From NCBI GenBank assembly GCA_963641445.1, contig CAVIBR010000007.1, positions 2,525 to 66,524 of the forward strand: 64,000 bases of DNA, read 5' to 3'. Of this stretch, positions 6,281-13,989 are shown in pieces; position 1 is the first letter of the stretch; each line of letters begins with the position of its first letter. The stretch is from Bacteroides uniformis (GTDB lineage: Bacteria; Bacillota_I; Bacilli_A; RFN20; CAG-826). Both the position numbers and the translations under genes were made by a program. Under the pieces are notes generated by a model that saw only the letters and a program-made list of their open reading frames with translations, did no database searches and had not been told where the DNA came from.

Positions 6281-6306
6281 AAACCGGAAAGAATTCCGGT
6301 TTTTTC
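6281..6306. terminator. bidirectional terminator between convergent genes
   Basis: AAACCGGAA-AGAA-TTCCGGTTT followed by TTTT, and flanked by an A-run on the other side. Confidence 0.7.
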
Positions 6307-6708
6307 TTATACCATGAGCCTCCGCCTGACGTCGGCAACGAGAGAGCGGACGCGCGAGGGCCTCTCGCCTATCTTGGCCGCTATGATCGCGTAATCGAGG
6401 TCGGAGAGGGCGGCGAGGGATGCGGCGCGGTTCTGCCACGACCCTTTGGGGTACCATGAGTCCAAGACCCTCTGAAGGGCTTTTTTTGTGACTTTTAAGT
6501 CACTCTCAAGCCCCTCTTTCCTGGTCTCCAGCCTCTCGGCCGCGATGACCGCCTGGAGGGCCTTAAGCTCGCCCGCGCTCCCAGGCTTGGCGGACGCGTG
6601 GCGGTCGATGATGGCTTTCTGCGCCCTGAGCCCCGCTCTCACCGCCTCCAGCTCGAGCTCCATCGAGCGGATGGAATCGACCACGCGGACGGCGCTTGGC
6701 TCACTCAT
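6307..6708 (-). CDS. hypothetical protein with C-terminal HTH-like segment; possible late-gene regulator (position only)
   Basis: 133 aa. The C-terminus LSDLDYAIIAAKIGERPSRVRSLVADVRRRL resembles a sigma region-4-type HTH. It is the last gene before the packaging region. Confidence 0.5.
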   Translation of the reverse strand: MSEPSAVRVVDSIRSMELELEAVRAGLRAQKAIIDRHASAKPGSAGELKALQAVIAAERLETRKEGLESDLKVTKKALQRVLDSWYPKGSWQNRAASLAALSDLDYAIIAAKIGERPSRVRSLVADVRRRLMV

Positions 6709-7027
6709 AGTCGCCCGCCCTCCTCCTCGCGCCGTTTCTCAGGAAGCGCACGTCATAGGCCACGGCGGAGGTTATCGGCATTTTGCCCTCCTCGCGCATC
6801 GGCGTGCCCCTGAGCATCCCCGACACGGCGACGGGTTTGCCCTTGAGGCTCGCGAAGTCGCCAAGCCTGCTCAAAGGGTTCAGGAAGATGGCGAAGCGGA
6901 ACGGCGCGGCGTCCCCGTTGGGCACCTCGAGGATGAAGCACTGCTGCGGGGCCTTGGAGTTCGGGAATGGCGTGTAGAGGTCGGTGAGCGCGACGCCCAC
7001 GAGGTGGAACCCGTTGAGCGCGCCCAT
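6701..7027 (-). CDS. hypothetical phage protein (108 aa)
   Basis: ATG at 7027 shares one nt with the upstream stop (TGATG). The N-terminal part of tracked ORF 6701..7159 was trimmed. Confidence 0.5.
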   Translation of the reverse strand: MGALNGFHLVGVALTDLYTPFPNSKAPQQCFILEVPNGDAAPFRFAIFLNPLSRLGDFASLKGKPVAVSGMLRGTPMREEGKMPITSAVAYDVRFLRNGARRRAGDYE

Positions 7028-7206
7028 CAGCCCCCCCAGAGCTCGCTGAGCATCACGAAGCCCAATGCCGCCACCGGGATGCCGGGGATGATGAGGATCA
7101 GCCCCCAGCCCCTCCAGAGTACCGGCCCGACTATCAGCAGGAACGCGGCGGCCAGGCACACCGCGGCGGTCGCAAGCTGGAACAGCAGCACTTTTATGAA
7201 ATCCAT
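7027..7206 (-). CDS. small membrane protein, two predicted TM helices (59 aa)
   Basis: MDFIKVLLFQLATAAVCLAAAFLLIVGP...LILIIPGIPVAALGFVMLSELWGG. AAGGAG lies 8 nt upstream of the ATG at 7206. Confidence 0.55.
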   Translation of the reverse strand: MDFIKVLLFQLATAAVCLAAAFLLIVGPVLWRGWGLILIIPGIPVAALGFVMLSELWGG

Positions 7207-7227
7207 GTCTTTCGCTCCTTTGCCGTG

Positions 7228-7257
7228 ATTATGCCACGGGGCGATGCGGCAAGTCAA
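7228..7257 (-). promoter_or_regulatory. sigma-A-like promoter (minus strand)
   Basis: TTGACT (7257-7252), 18 nt, CATAAT (7233-7228), just upstream of the small membrane protein gene. Confidence 0.45.
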
Positions 7258-7363
7258 ACGGCCGTTGGCACGCACGAGCCACGCAAAGGGCTCAAATTTC
7301 AACGTTCGCAACTCGTTTGATAAATTACTCATTCTCATTCCGTTTTTTGAAATCCGTGGCATT

Positions 7364-7600
7364 CTAGCGCTTCCTCGTGCGCCTCCCGGCGATGAAGGAC
7401 ACCCCCGACCTTGTGCATCCGCCGCATCTGATAAGCCTGTAGACAGTGTCGCGGCTCACCCCGAAAGCCCTTGCCGCCTCATCCGCCGTGCGCCACCTGA
7501 TTCGCTCCTCCGCGCCGTCCTGGAGCGTGCGCACCGAGGTGACCGACATGTGGATGGTGGCCCTCTTGACCCCCATGGCCTCCCAATCGAGCATGCCCAT
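7364..7600 (-). CDS. HTH DNA-binding protein (excisionase/MerR-like HTH)
   Basis: RTADEAARAFGVSRDTVYRLIRCG is a helix-turn-helix. ATG at 7600 overlaps the RusA stop. Confidence 0.55.
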   Translation of the reverse strand: MGMLDWEAMGVKRATIHMSVTSVRTLQDGAEERIRWRTADEAARAFGVSRDTVYRLIRCGGCTRSGVSFIAGRRTRKR

Positions 7601-8043
7601 CAATCATCCCCCTCGCCGAAGAGCATGAGCTCGACCCACACGCTGGGCTCCTCGTCGTAGATCTTAGTGACCGTGAGGCTCCAGACGAGCGCGTCATCCC
7701 TGTAGGCGATGCCGTTCAGCGCGTCCATGACCGATTTCGCGGCGTTGTCTATGTCGGGCTTCCTCGATGGCACCAGCCCCCCTGAGAGCATCATGGCGCG
7801 CTTTTTCTTGCTGATGCCTTTGGGCGGGGCCATCCTGATGGTTATCCTCATCGCCACCGGGCCGTCCATCGGCTCCGCGTCCGGGTGCTCCCCCTCATAG
7901 CACAGCCTCACCCAGTTCTCGTACTCGACCTGCTTCGCCGGCGTGTATACCCTCGCATGCCCCGCGAAGGCCGATGCCTTTGGGCGCATCTTGCCCCTTG
8001 CCTCGCCCGGCACCTTGAACATCCTTCTCTTGATTATCGTCAT
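7600..8043 (-). CDS. rusA: RusA-family Holliday junction resolvase
   Basis: SRKPDIDNAAKSVMDALNGIAYRDDALV is the RusA signature. ATG at 8043 (the tracked start at 8046 is TTG). Confidence 0.85.
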   Translation of the reverse strand: MTIIKRRMFKVPGEARGKMRPKASAFAGHARVYTPAKQVEYENWVRLCYEGEHPDAEPMDGPVAMRITIRMAPPKGISKKKRAMMLSGGLVPSRKPDIDNAAKSVMDALNGIAYRDDALVWSLTVTKIYDEEPSVWVELMLFGEGDD

Positions 8044-8240
8044 CAATCATCCTCCCTGTCGTCTATCCTGATCACCACCGTGCCCCGCCCGCCGCTTCTC
8101 CTCAGCCACGTCGGGGAGCAGTACCAGCGGATGAGCCTCGCGTCCATCCCCGTCCTCTCGCGGAGCTCCTCTGCCGTGCCAAGGTCCACGAACTCATCGC
8201 CCCTGTACACGGCGTAGACCGCCCGGCATTTGCCTGCCAT
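8043..8240 (-). CDS. hypothetical phage protein (65 aa)
   Basis: Start and stop overlap the neighbouring genes in the same operon. Confidence 0.5.
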   Translation of the reverse strand: MAGKCRAVYAVYRGDEFVDLGTAEELRERTGMDARLIRWYCSPTWLRRSGGRGTVVIRIDDREDD

Positions 8241-8584
8241 CAGGCCTCGTTCCCCCTTGGCCCATCGTCATCGTCATCGACCATGCAGGATAGGGCATAG
8301 GCCACGCCCTCGTCCATCTCGGCCATCTCGCTCTCCGTCATCGCCCTCGAGTCGAATGAGCCCAGCGAGGCGAGCTTGTCTATGAGCCTCGTCTCCGCCA
8401 GGCCGAGTACGGCGAGCTGCGCGTCCGCCGCCCTTTTGCGCGCCATGTATCTCCCTGGGTCCCTCTTCCTGTCCTTGAGCATGCCGTCGATGGCCGCGCT
8501 GAGGACCGCGAACACGTAGGCGATCTCCGCCTTGGTCATGCTGATCCTGTATTCCTTGGCCTTCCTGGCCTCCCTGTCGCTCAT
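8240..8584 (-). CDS. hypothetical phage protein (114 aa)
   Basis: Internal ATG of tracked ORF 8240..8824. ATGA overlap with 8581..8787. Acidic C-terminus. Confidence 0.5.
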   Translation of the reverse strand: MSDREARKAKEYRISMTKAEIAYVFAVLSAAIDGMLKDRKRDPGRYMARKRAADAQLAVLGLAETRLIDKLASLGSFDSRAMTESEMAEMDEGVAYALSCMVDDDDDGPRGNEA

Positions 8585-8787
8585 CTTTCTTTGCCCTCCC
8601 TTATCTCGAACTCCATGAAGTTCCCGTTCCTGTGGTAGAACCTCATGCGTATCGTGCCGTCCTGGCAGACGCTCCTCTCTATCCTCGACCGTCTGTCGCA
8701 GATGAGCATATAGAGGGCGTCCTTGAGCTCGCCCTCGCTCACGCTCATCCCATCGCAGCCGCTGCTGCGCATCGTTATCTCTCTCAT
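8581..8787 (-). CDS. hypothetical phage protein (68 aa)
   Basis: ATGA-coupled at both ends. Confidence 0.5.
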   Translation of the reverse strand: MREITMRSSGCDGMSVSEGELKDALYMLICDRRSRIERSVCQDGTIRMRFYHRNGNFMEFEIREGKER

Positions 8788-8909
8788 CTCTTCTCCTTCC
8801 TGGCCTCCCTGAGCAAGCGCTCATAGTGCCTCTTCCTGTCCTTGAACGCCCTGTAATTGGGGGCGCCCCTCATGGCCTCATAGGCCCTCTTCACCTCATC
8901 GGCCAGCAT
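8784..8909 (-). CDS. hypothetical small basic protein (41 aa)
   Basis: MLADEVKRAYEAMRGAPNYRAFKDRKRHYERLLREARKEKR, translated by hand. The stop overlaps the next ATG. Below the ORF-track size cut-off. Confidence 0.4.
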   Translation of the reverse strand: MLADEVKRAYEAMRGAPNYRAFKDRKRHYERLLREARKEKR

Positions 8910-8927
8910 TTTCTCTCCTCAGGCCCC

Positions 8928-9185
8928 TCATTTCCCAAGCACCGATTTCATGAAGGCGTACTCGGCCTCGGTGAGGTAGGCGGTCTTGCCTCCCCTCATC
9001 GTGCGCATGACCGTCTTGGCGTACACGCTCTCGGTCAGGTTCAGCGCCATCTTCTCGGCGAGCATGTCGAATGCCTTGGCCTTTCTCGCGAGCCTGACCA
9101 GCTCCTCCGTCTTCGGGTCTTTGGCCGGCTCCTCGGCTTTCGCCTCTTCGATCGCTTTGCCTTCTTTGCTCTTCTTCGTTACCAT
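8928..9185 (-). CDS. hypothetical phage protein (85 aa)
   Basis: Clean ATG. Lys/Glu-rich N-terminus. Same strand and codon style as the operon. Confidence 0.5.
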   Translation of the reverse strand: MVTKKSKEGKAIEEAKAEEPAKDPKTEELVRLARKAKAFDMLAEKMALNLTESVYAKTVMRTMRGGKTAYLTEAEYAFMKSVLGK

Positions 9186-9242
9186 TTTTCATTCTCTCCT
9201 TCTGGCGGCCTCATAGGCCTCTTTTTACTTTCACCGACTCCA

Positions 9243-9986
9243 TCAGAACAGCGTCCCCTGCTCGCACTGCGTGCCGTCGGCGTTCCTGGTTATCTGGCTG
9301 GTCCCCTCGACCCTTGCCTGCGCTATCCTGAAGTAGCGCTCATTCAGCTCGAAGCCCACGTAATGCCTCCCAAGCGATTTCGCCGCGGCGCACGTCGTCC
9401 CGCTCCCCATGAAGGGATCCAATACGACCCCCCCCGGACGGCTTGAGTTCTCGATCAGGTTCGAGATTATCCCGAACGGCTTGATGGTCGGGTGGCCGTA
9501 TTTTCTCTTATCCGCGGAGTTTATGTCCGTCAGGTAGACCGTGCGCGCCCTCTCGTATCTCGTGTCGAGCCTCACGCCCTTCCAGAAGTAGAGGCAGTAC
9601 TCCTTGTCCTTCAGGTAATGGCTCCCCGTGAATGGGGGAGGGTTCCTCTTGCCCCACACGATGATCTCGAAGTTGCATCCCATCCCCTTGAGGAACCAGT
9701 CGAGGTAGGATGGGATCTGCTCCTTGTTGCACCAGACGTAGATGTTCGGCTTCCTCATAACCCTCGTGAGCTCGGGGAGGATCCTCATGGCGTCCACGCC
9801 CCTGTCGAGGCCCTCCTCCCTTATCTCCCTGTATGAGTTCGCCATGTTCCGGCGGTTTTTGAAGAGCCCCGTGTCGCATCCGCCGGTGCCGAACTCGTAT
9901 GGCGGGTCGGTGACTATGAGGTCCACGGAGCCGTCCGGGATACCCTTGATCAGCTCGTAGGCGTCGCCCAACATGAGCTCATCCAT
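9243..9986 (-). CDS. DNA methyltransferase, N6-adenine/N4-cytosine family (beta class), orphan
   Basis: TDPPY catalytic motif near the N-terminus and the SAM-binding motif DPFMGSGTT near the C-terminus. No restriction gene is adjacent. Confidence 0.85.
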   Translation of the reverse strand: MDELMLGDAYELIKGIPDGSVDLIVTDPPYEFGTGGCDTGLFKNRRNMANSYREIREEGLDRGVDAMRILPELTRVMRKPNIYVWCNKEQIPSYLDWFLKGMGCNFEIIVWGKRNPPPFTGSHYLKDKEYCLYFWKGVRLDTRYERARTVYLTDINSADKRKYGHPTIKPFGIISNLIENSSRPGGVVLDPFMGSGTTCAAAKSLGRHYVGFELNERYFRIAQARVEGTSQITRNADGTQCEQGTLF

Positions 9987-10479
9987 TGCCGTTCCCCCTC
10001 GCGAGGAGCTCAAGCGCAAGCTCGTGGGCCCTCTCCTTCGAGAGCTTGCTTGCGACCGTCGCATGCCCCTTGCCGTCCCATCGAATGAGGTAGTAGGCTC
10101 CTATCATCGGGTCGTCGACGTCGTCCCCCCACACCCCGTCCCTCATCATGCCATAGTCCCTCGGGTCGAGGTGCCTTTCCAGCTTGAGGCCGTCTATGGC
10201 GACCGCCTGGAAGCATCCCGCGTCGGTGGCTACCAATGAGAGCGAGTAGGACGGCTCCGGGCCCTGGTAGTCGCTCTCGTCCTCGTAGATGTTCCAGATC
10301 TCGTCCCTCCTGAGCGCCTCCACGTTCGCCTCCGCCCTCTCCCTCATCCTCGCCTTGAGCTCATCCTGCCTGGCGAACCTCTCGCGGTAGGATGCCCTGA
10401 GCGCGGCTAGGTCTTTCCTGAATGACTCCTCTATCTCGTCGCTCTCGGCTTTCATGACCGAATACTCCTTGTCTCTCAT
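9979..10479 (-). CDS. hypothetical phage protein (166 aa)
   Basis: ATG with GGGAAGAGG upstream. No family recognised. Confidence 0.55.
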   Translation of the reverse strand: MRDKEYSVMKAESDEIEESFRKDLAALRASYRERFARQDELKARMRERAEANVEALRRDEIWNIYEDESDYQGPEPSYSLSLVATDAGCFQAVAIDGLKLERHLDPRDYGMMRDGVWGDDVDDPMIGAYYLIRWDGKGHATVASKLSKERAHELALELLARGNGNG

Positions 10480-10490
10480 CCTCTTCCCTC

Positions 10491-10694
10491 CTATGAGTTG
10501 TCCTTGAGGCTCTTCCTGGCCGATTCCATGAGCCTCCTGTCGCCCGTCAGCGACGCCACGCGGATGTCCCTGTTGGCTTTCTCCCTCTTCCTTCTGCGCT
10601 CGGCCTCTATGAGCTCGCAGTACTCGTCGTACGCGTCATAGTCCCCTCTCCCCGCCCTCTTCCTGAGGGCCCTCATTCTCTCTTGGTCTATCAT
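10491..10694 (-). CDS. hypothetical phage protein (67 aa)
   Basis: ATGA overlap with the upstream gene. Arg/Glu-rich. Confidence 0.5.
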   Translation of the reverse strand: MIDQERMRALRKRAGRGDYDAYDEYCELIEAERRRKREKANRDIRVASLTGDRRLMESARKSLKDNS

Positions 10695-11347
10695 AATGAA
10701 TCGATCTCCTTGTTCAGTCTTTTGTCCTCCCCGACGTCTCTCTCGACCTCCTCAAGCGCCTTTGCGGGGTCCATGCGGGCGCCGAGGATCTTGCTCCTCC
10801 TGCATAATTCGAGCACCTTGGATGCCTTCCTCCACTCCTGCCTCGCCTCGAGCCACACGACCATCCTCTCGGTGAAGCCGTGGATCTCCTCGATGGTTAT
10901 GGCGGAGCCCCTCCACACGGCGTTCAGGTAGTGGTCCACCCTCTCTAGGCCGTAGCCGTCGGGGCTGTCATCCTCCACGCCTAGCCTATCCAGGCGCCTG
11001 AACAGGTTTTTGGAGGAGAGATACCCCTTATCCTCGATGGGCCTGCGGTCGAACCTGCCCTCCCTTATCTCAGGGGCTATCCTTTTCTCGATGAAGGCGC
11101 ATTTGTGGACGACCGATATCCTCACCCCGTCCAGCCTCTCTTTGAGAAGCGATATGTCGAAGGAGGACCTTCTCCCGGCCTCCTCCACCACCAGCCCGAT
11201 GGCGGCCTCCCTCGTCCTGCGGTCCCTGTCATAGCCGATGAACCCGGCCAAGAGCCCCTGCAAGGCCGCCACATCAATATCCATGTCATCTGGAATATCT
11301 GTGCTATCTACAATATTCGTAGTATTTAAGTTATTAATGTCGCGCAT
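10691..11347 (-). CDS. hypothetical protein downstream of the replisome organizer (possible replication accessory)
   Basis: 218 aa. No Walker motif. Function suggested by position only. Confidence 0.55.
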   Translation of the reverse strand: MRDINNLNTTNIVDSTDIPDDMDIDVAALQGLLAGFIGYDRDRRTREAAIGLVVEEAGRRSSFDISLLKERLDGVRISVVHKCAFIEKRIAPEIREGRFDRRPIEDKGYLSSKNLFRRLDRLGVEDDSPDGYGLERVDHYLNAVWRGSAITIEEIHGFTERMVVWLEARQEWRKASKVLELCRRSKILGARMDPAKALEEVERDVGEDKRLNKEIDSL

Positions 11348-11352
11348 AATGT

Positions 11353-11898
11353 TTACTTACATCCCTTAGGTAACATAGAAGATGGTGGTGGTGATGGCAT
11401 CTGCTCTTTCTTTAATTCTTTCTCTTTATCTAACTCTTTATCTATCTCTATATCTTTCTCTATCTCTATCTCCGTTGAAATTGGTTGAAATTGGGTTGAA
11501 GTTTGGTTGAAATTTTTCAACCTTTTCTTTTCTTTCAATAGGATATTTCGATAAGTCTCGGAACCGATCATCGAGTCGCATTCGATGAGATGGACGTCAT
11601 CCCCTTTCTCCTCCCAGAGCCCACTAGCCTTGAGAAATTGGATCGTCACCCTGACGTTGTCGACCTCCTCGTCGAGCTTGAGGGCGAGCTCCTCCTCGAT
11701 CGTCTTCTCAACGCCTTCGTAGATGATCATGGATCCGTGGTTCATAGCCATGAGGAGCATCTTGAGGTAGATGACCGTGTAGGTGTCCCCTCCCGCTATC
11801 CTCCTGAGCTTCTTGATCCTGGCGTTCTTGAACCAGTTTTTAGGGAGTTTGAGGTAGAAATACTTCCGCTCCTTCTGATATTCATTCCCGTGCGCCAT
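11353..11898 (-). CDS. phage replisome organizer (N-terminal domain family)
   Basis: YFYLKLPKNWFKNARIKKLRRIAGGDTYTVIYLKMLLMA matches the replisome-organizer N-terminal pattern. The C-terminus is low-complexity EIEIEKDIEIDKELDKEKE. Confidence 0.75.
   Translation of the reverse strand: MAHGNEYQKERKYFYLKLPKNWFKNARIKKLRRIAGGDTYTVIYLKMLLMAMNHGSMIIYEGVEKTIEEELALKLDEEVDNVRVTIQFLKASGLWEEKGDDVHLIECDSMIGSETYRNILLKEKKRLKNFNQTSTQFQPISTEIEIEKDIEIDKELDKEKELKKEQMPSPPPSSMLPKGCK
11441..11522. repeat. iteron array (candidate phage origin) inside the organizer gene
   Basis: GTTGAA at 11474, 11484, 11495 and 11506 (10-11 bp phasing) plus an inverted TTCAAC at 11516. Preceded by TCTATC/TCTCTATC repeats in a locally AT-rich stretch. 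Confidence 0.6.
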
Positions 11899-12151
11899 CT
11901 TTTTCGTCCTCCTGTGTCATGCCATCACCGCTTATCGGGTTTATGACCCAATCGCAAACTCCATCGGCTTTGTATACCTCCATGGTCCATTTCCCCCACT
12001 CTTCGGTGAAATCCCTCACCATATAGCCCTTCTCGACGAATTCCTTCTGAGCCTCCCAAATCTCATAATCGTTGGGGACGTCGTCGATTTGGACTCTCAG
12101 GTATCTTGGGTTGTCAATCATAACCCATATCAAATAGTCACTTCTTCTCAT
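11882..12151 (-). CDS. hypothetical phage protein (89 aa)
   Basis: Internal ATG (MRRSDYLIWV...) of the tracked ORF. Overlaps its neighbours. Confidence 0.5.
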   Translation of the reverse strand: MRRSDYLIWVMIDNPRYLRVQIDDVPNDYEIWEAQKEFVEKGYMVRDFTEEWGKWTMEVYKADGVCDWVINPISGDGMTQEDEKDGARE

Positions 12152-12386
12152 CCTTCCCCTCCTTCGGGCCCCATATCTTCCTGAGCACCAATGCAAGCCT
12201 GCCGTCCTTTCCGTAGAAGCACTCGATATGCTCCATCGTGCCGTCCTTGTGCGGGAGGTCGGCCTCCTTGAACTCGGAGAACTGCCATTGGGCCCTCTCC
12301 TCCCAGATGCCGAAGATGGCCTCGCTTGAGACGGTCACGCTCGTGTTCGCCACGAGGTCATACGCTGTGTACGTCGCCATTGCCAT
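12138..12386 (-). CDS. hypothetical phage protein (82 aa)
   Basis: Clean ATG, same-operon codon style. Confidence 0.5.
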   Translation of the reverse strand: MAMATYTAYDLVANTSVTVSSEAIFGIWEERAQWQFSEFKEADLPHKDGTMEHIECFYGKDGRLALVLRKIWGPKEGKDEKK

Positions 12387-12525
12387 CCCCTCCTACCGCC
12401 GCATCGTGCATCCTCGCCTTGTCCATGAGGGTCTCAAGGCCTATCACGGCCTTCACGGTCTCCTCGCTCATGAGCATGGGGTACAATACCGCTTTGATAG
12501 CCTCATATGCCTCATTTGTCGTCAT
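12358..12525 (-). CDS. hypothetical phage protein (55 aa)
   Basis: ATG at 12525 preceded by GGAGGAG. Confidence 0.45.
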   Translation of the reverse strand: MTTNEAYEAIKAVLYPMLMSEETVKAVIGLETLMDKARMHDAAVGGDGNGDVHSV

Positions 12526-12763
12526 TCTTTCTCCTCCATTCCTTGAAATCCTCAATTCTGTGGTTCTCATCAAGATATTTCCTTAATAGGTTTACTTCTT
12601 TAAGCAGGTAATCGGCGTTCTCGCTCACCGTCTCGAAGTTCTCCCATTCATCCTTGAAATTATCCCAATCGAAGTAGGAATTCTTCATCCCACATCCGTA
12701 TTTATCCCTTTCGGATTTGAGATTCCTCTCGATGAAAGCCGATACTTTCTCCTTCGGTGTCAT
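12512..12763 (-). CDS. hypothetical phage protein (83 aa)
   Basis: ATGA overlap with 12760..13089. Confidence 0.5.
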   Translation of the reverse strand: MTPKEKVSAFIERNLKSERDKYGCGMKNSYFDWDNFKDEWENFETVSENADYLLKEVNLLRKYLDENHRIEDFKEWRRKNDDK

Positions 12764-13089
12764 TCCTCTTCCTCCCTGAGGTCCTCGTCCATGTGCTCTG
12801 AGATTTCCTTTATGTCCTCGTAGCGCACCTTGAGGAGCTCGTATATGAGCGGCGTCTTGCTCTTTCTGAAATCCCTCTTGTAGAGGGTTATGCACTGCGT
12901 CCACTCGCCTTGGTAGAGGGTCGCGTCGCCTATCTCCTCAATCATTCCGCAGAGCTCGTCCTTGAGCTCCTGGAGGGTCTCGCTCACGGTCTCCCTCTCC
13001 CTCCTCTCGGATTTCAGCTGGGCGGTCAGGTCGTCGACCTCCGCCTCAAGCTTCCTGATTCTGTCAATTGCGTATTCCTCCAATGTCAT
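12760..13089 (-). CDS. hypothetical coiled-coil phage protein (109 aa)
   Basis: ATGA-coupled. Heptad-like Glu/Leu/Lys sequence. Confidence 0.5.
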   Translation of the reverse strand: MTLEEYAIDRIRKLEAEVDDLTAQLKSERRERETVSETLQELKDELCGMIEEIGDATLYQGEWTQCITLYKRDFRKSKTPLIYELLKVRYEDIKEISEHMDEDLREEEE

Positions 13090-13571
13090 TCTCCCGTCTC
13101 CTTTCCGAAGAGTCTAAGCTCCTCAACTTTGTATTCCCTGCCAAGCTCCATCCTTTCGTACATCGTGCCTTTTTCGAAACAGGGCAGGCATGCGACCTCG
13201 AATGCTAAGCAAGGGTTCTTGCTGCGTACTGTCATCTCGATTTTCTCAAAGCCAGATTTCTCGGTGGGGATTTTCTCCAGGGAGATGATTCTTCCTCTGA
13301 ACGGCCTCAGGAAAACCGACAGGTACTCCCTCTCGCCTTCATCGAGAATGGACTCCTCGTAGATTTCGTAGACGTCTTTGTTCAAATCCTCGAAAGCGAA
13401 TATGATTTCGCCCACGCCTTCAGCCATGATTTTTCCGTTCCTGCAATAAAGGACTGGCGGTTTTTCCGTTGGCCTAAGCCTAAGCGGAAGCATCTTTTCC
13501 CCCGCTTCTTTCCCTGTTACCTTTATCCTTTTGCCGGCTTTCAAAGCCTCAAGTGCCTCGATTATCGTCAT
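13086..13571 (-). CDS. hypothetical phage protein (161 aa)
   Basis: ATGA-coupled at both ends. Confidence 0.55.
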   Translation of the reverse strand: MTIIEALEALKAGKRIKVTGKEAGEKMLPLRLRPTEKPPVLYCRNGKIMAEGVGEIIFAFEDLNKDVYEIYEESILDEGEREYLSVFLRPFRGRIISLEKIPTEKSGFEKIEMTVRSKNPCLAFEVACLPCFEKGTMYERMELGREYKVEELRLFGKETGE

Positions 13572-13774
13572 TTTCTCTTCCTCCTGCCGAATGTGACCTC
13601 CCCTTTCTCGAGAAGCTCCATTAAATGGTCCTGCCTCTCAGCTTTGAGATTCAATTTCACGAGGGCGTCTATCGCCGTTATGCACTCATCGGCGCCCATC
13701 CGCCTCGTGTAGGCCGTGGCGATGAACTCCTTCAGCGCCTTCTCCGCCTGCTTGGCCGTCATGTCCTCGCTCAT
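13568..13774 (-). CDS. hypothetical phage protein (68 aa)
   Basis: Internal ATG (MSEDMTAKQ...) with ATGA overlap. Confidence 0.45.
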   Translation of the reverse strand: MSEDMTAKQAEKALKEFIATAYTRRMGADECITAIDALVKLNLKAERQDHLMELLEKGEVTFGRRKRK

Positions 13775-13989
13775 GCCTTGTCCTCCTCCCTGTACCCGTT
13801 TCTCTTGTATCTGGCGAGCCATGAGCGGTACTTCCTCATGACCGGCGAAACGGCCTCCACGACCTCCTTCTTATGCCTCTCATAAAGCTCCCTGCCCCTC
13901 ATGGAGCCGGATGCGAGGTGCGCCCTGCACCCATCGCACCTGCGGTCTAGGCACACGCCCATCTTGAGCCAAACGCAGTCCTCCCTCAT
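13771..13989 (-). CDS. hypothetical Cys-rich small protein (72 aa)
   Basis: MREDCVWLKMGVCLDRRCDGCRAH... with ATGA overlap. Confidence 0.45.
   Translation of the reverse strand: MREDCVWLKMGVCLDRRCDGCRAHLASGSMRGRELYERHKKEVVEAVSPVMRKYRSWLARYKRNGYREEDKA

Noticed and set aside
6488-7228. 246-aa plus-strand ORF; similar cases at 8826..9446 (+), 9492..9836 (+), 13625..13885 (+) and 15903..16433 (+)
   Set aside because: Same shadow-ORF signature (Ala/Arg/Pro/Ser-rich, no SD). The opposite strand holds a consistent chain of translationally coupled genes.
8240-8824. 194-aa ORF taken at full tracked length; likewise the long forms of 15665..16567, 13986..14522, 13771..14100, 12512..12904, 9243..10064 and 6701..7159
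   Set aside because: The N-terminal extensions are Arg/Gly-rich and overlap the upstream gene out of frame. Internal ATGs recreate ATGA-type coupling with neighbours, so the shorter forms were annotated.
11400-11530. Short direct repeats considered as a CRISPR-like array; the same was checked for 2972-3017
   Set aside because: The repeat units are 6-11 bp, contiguous and without spacers, and there are no cas genes. They are better explained as iterons or binding sites.
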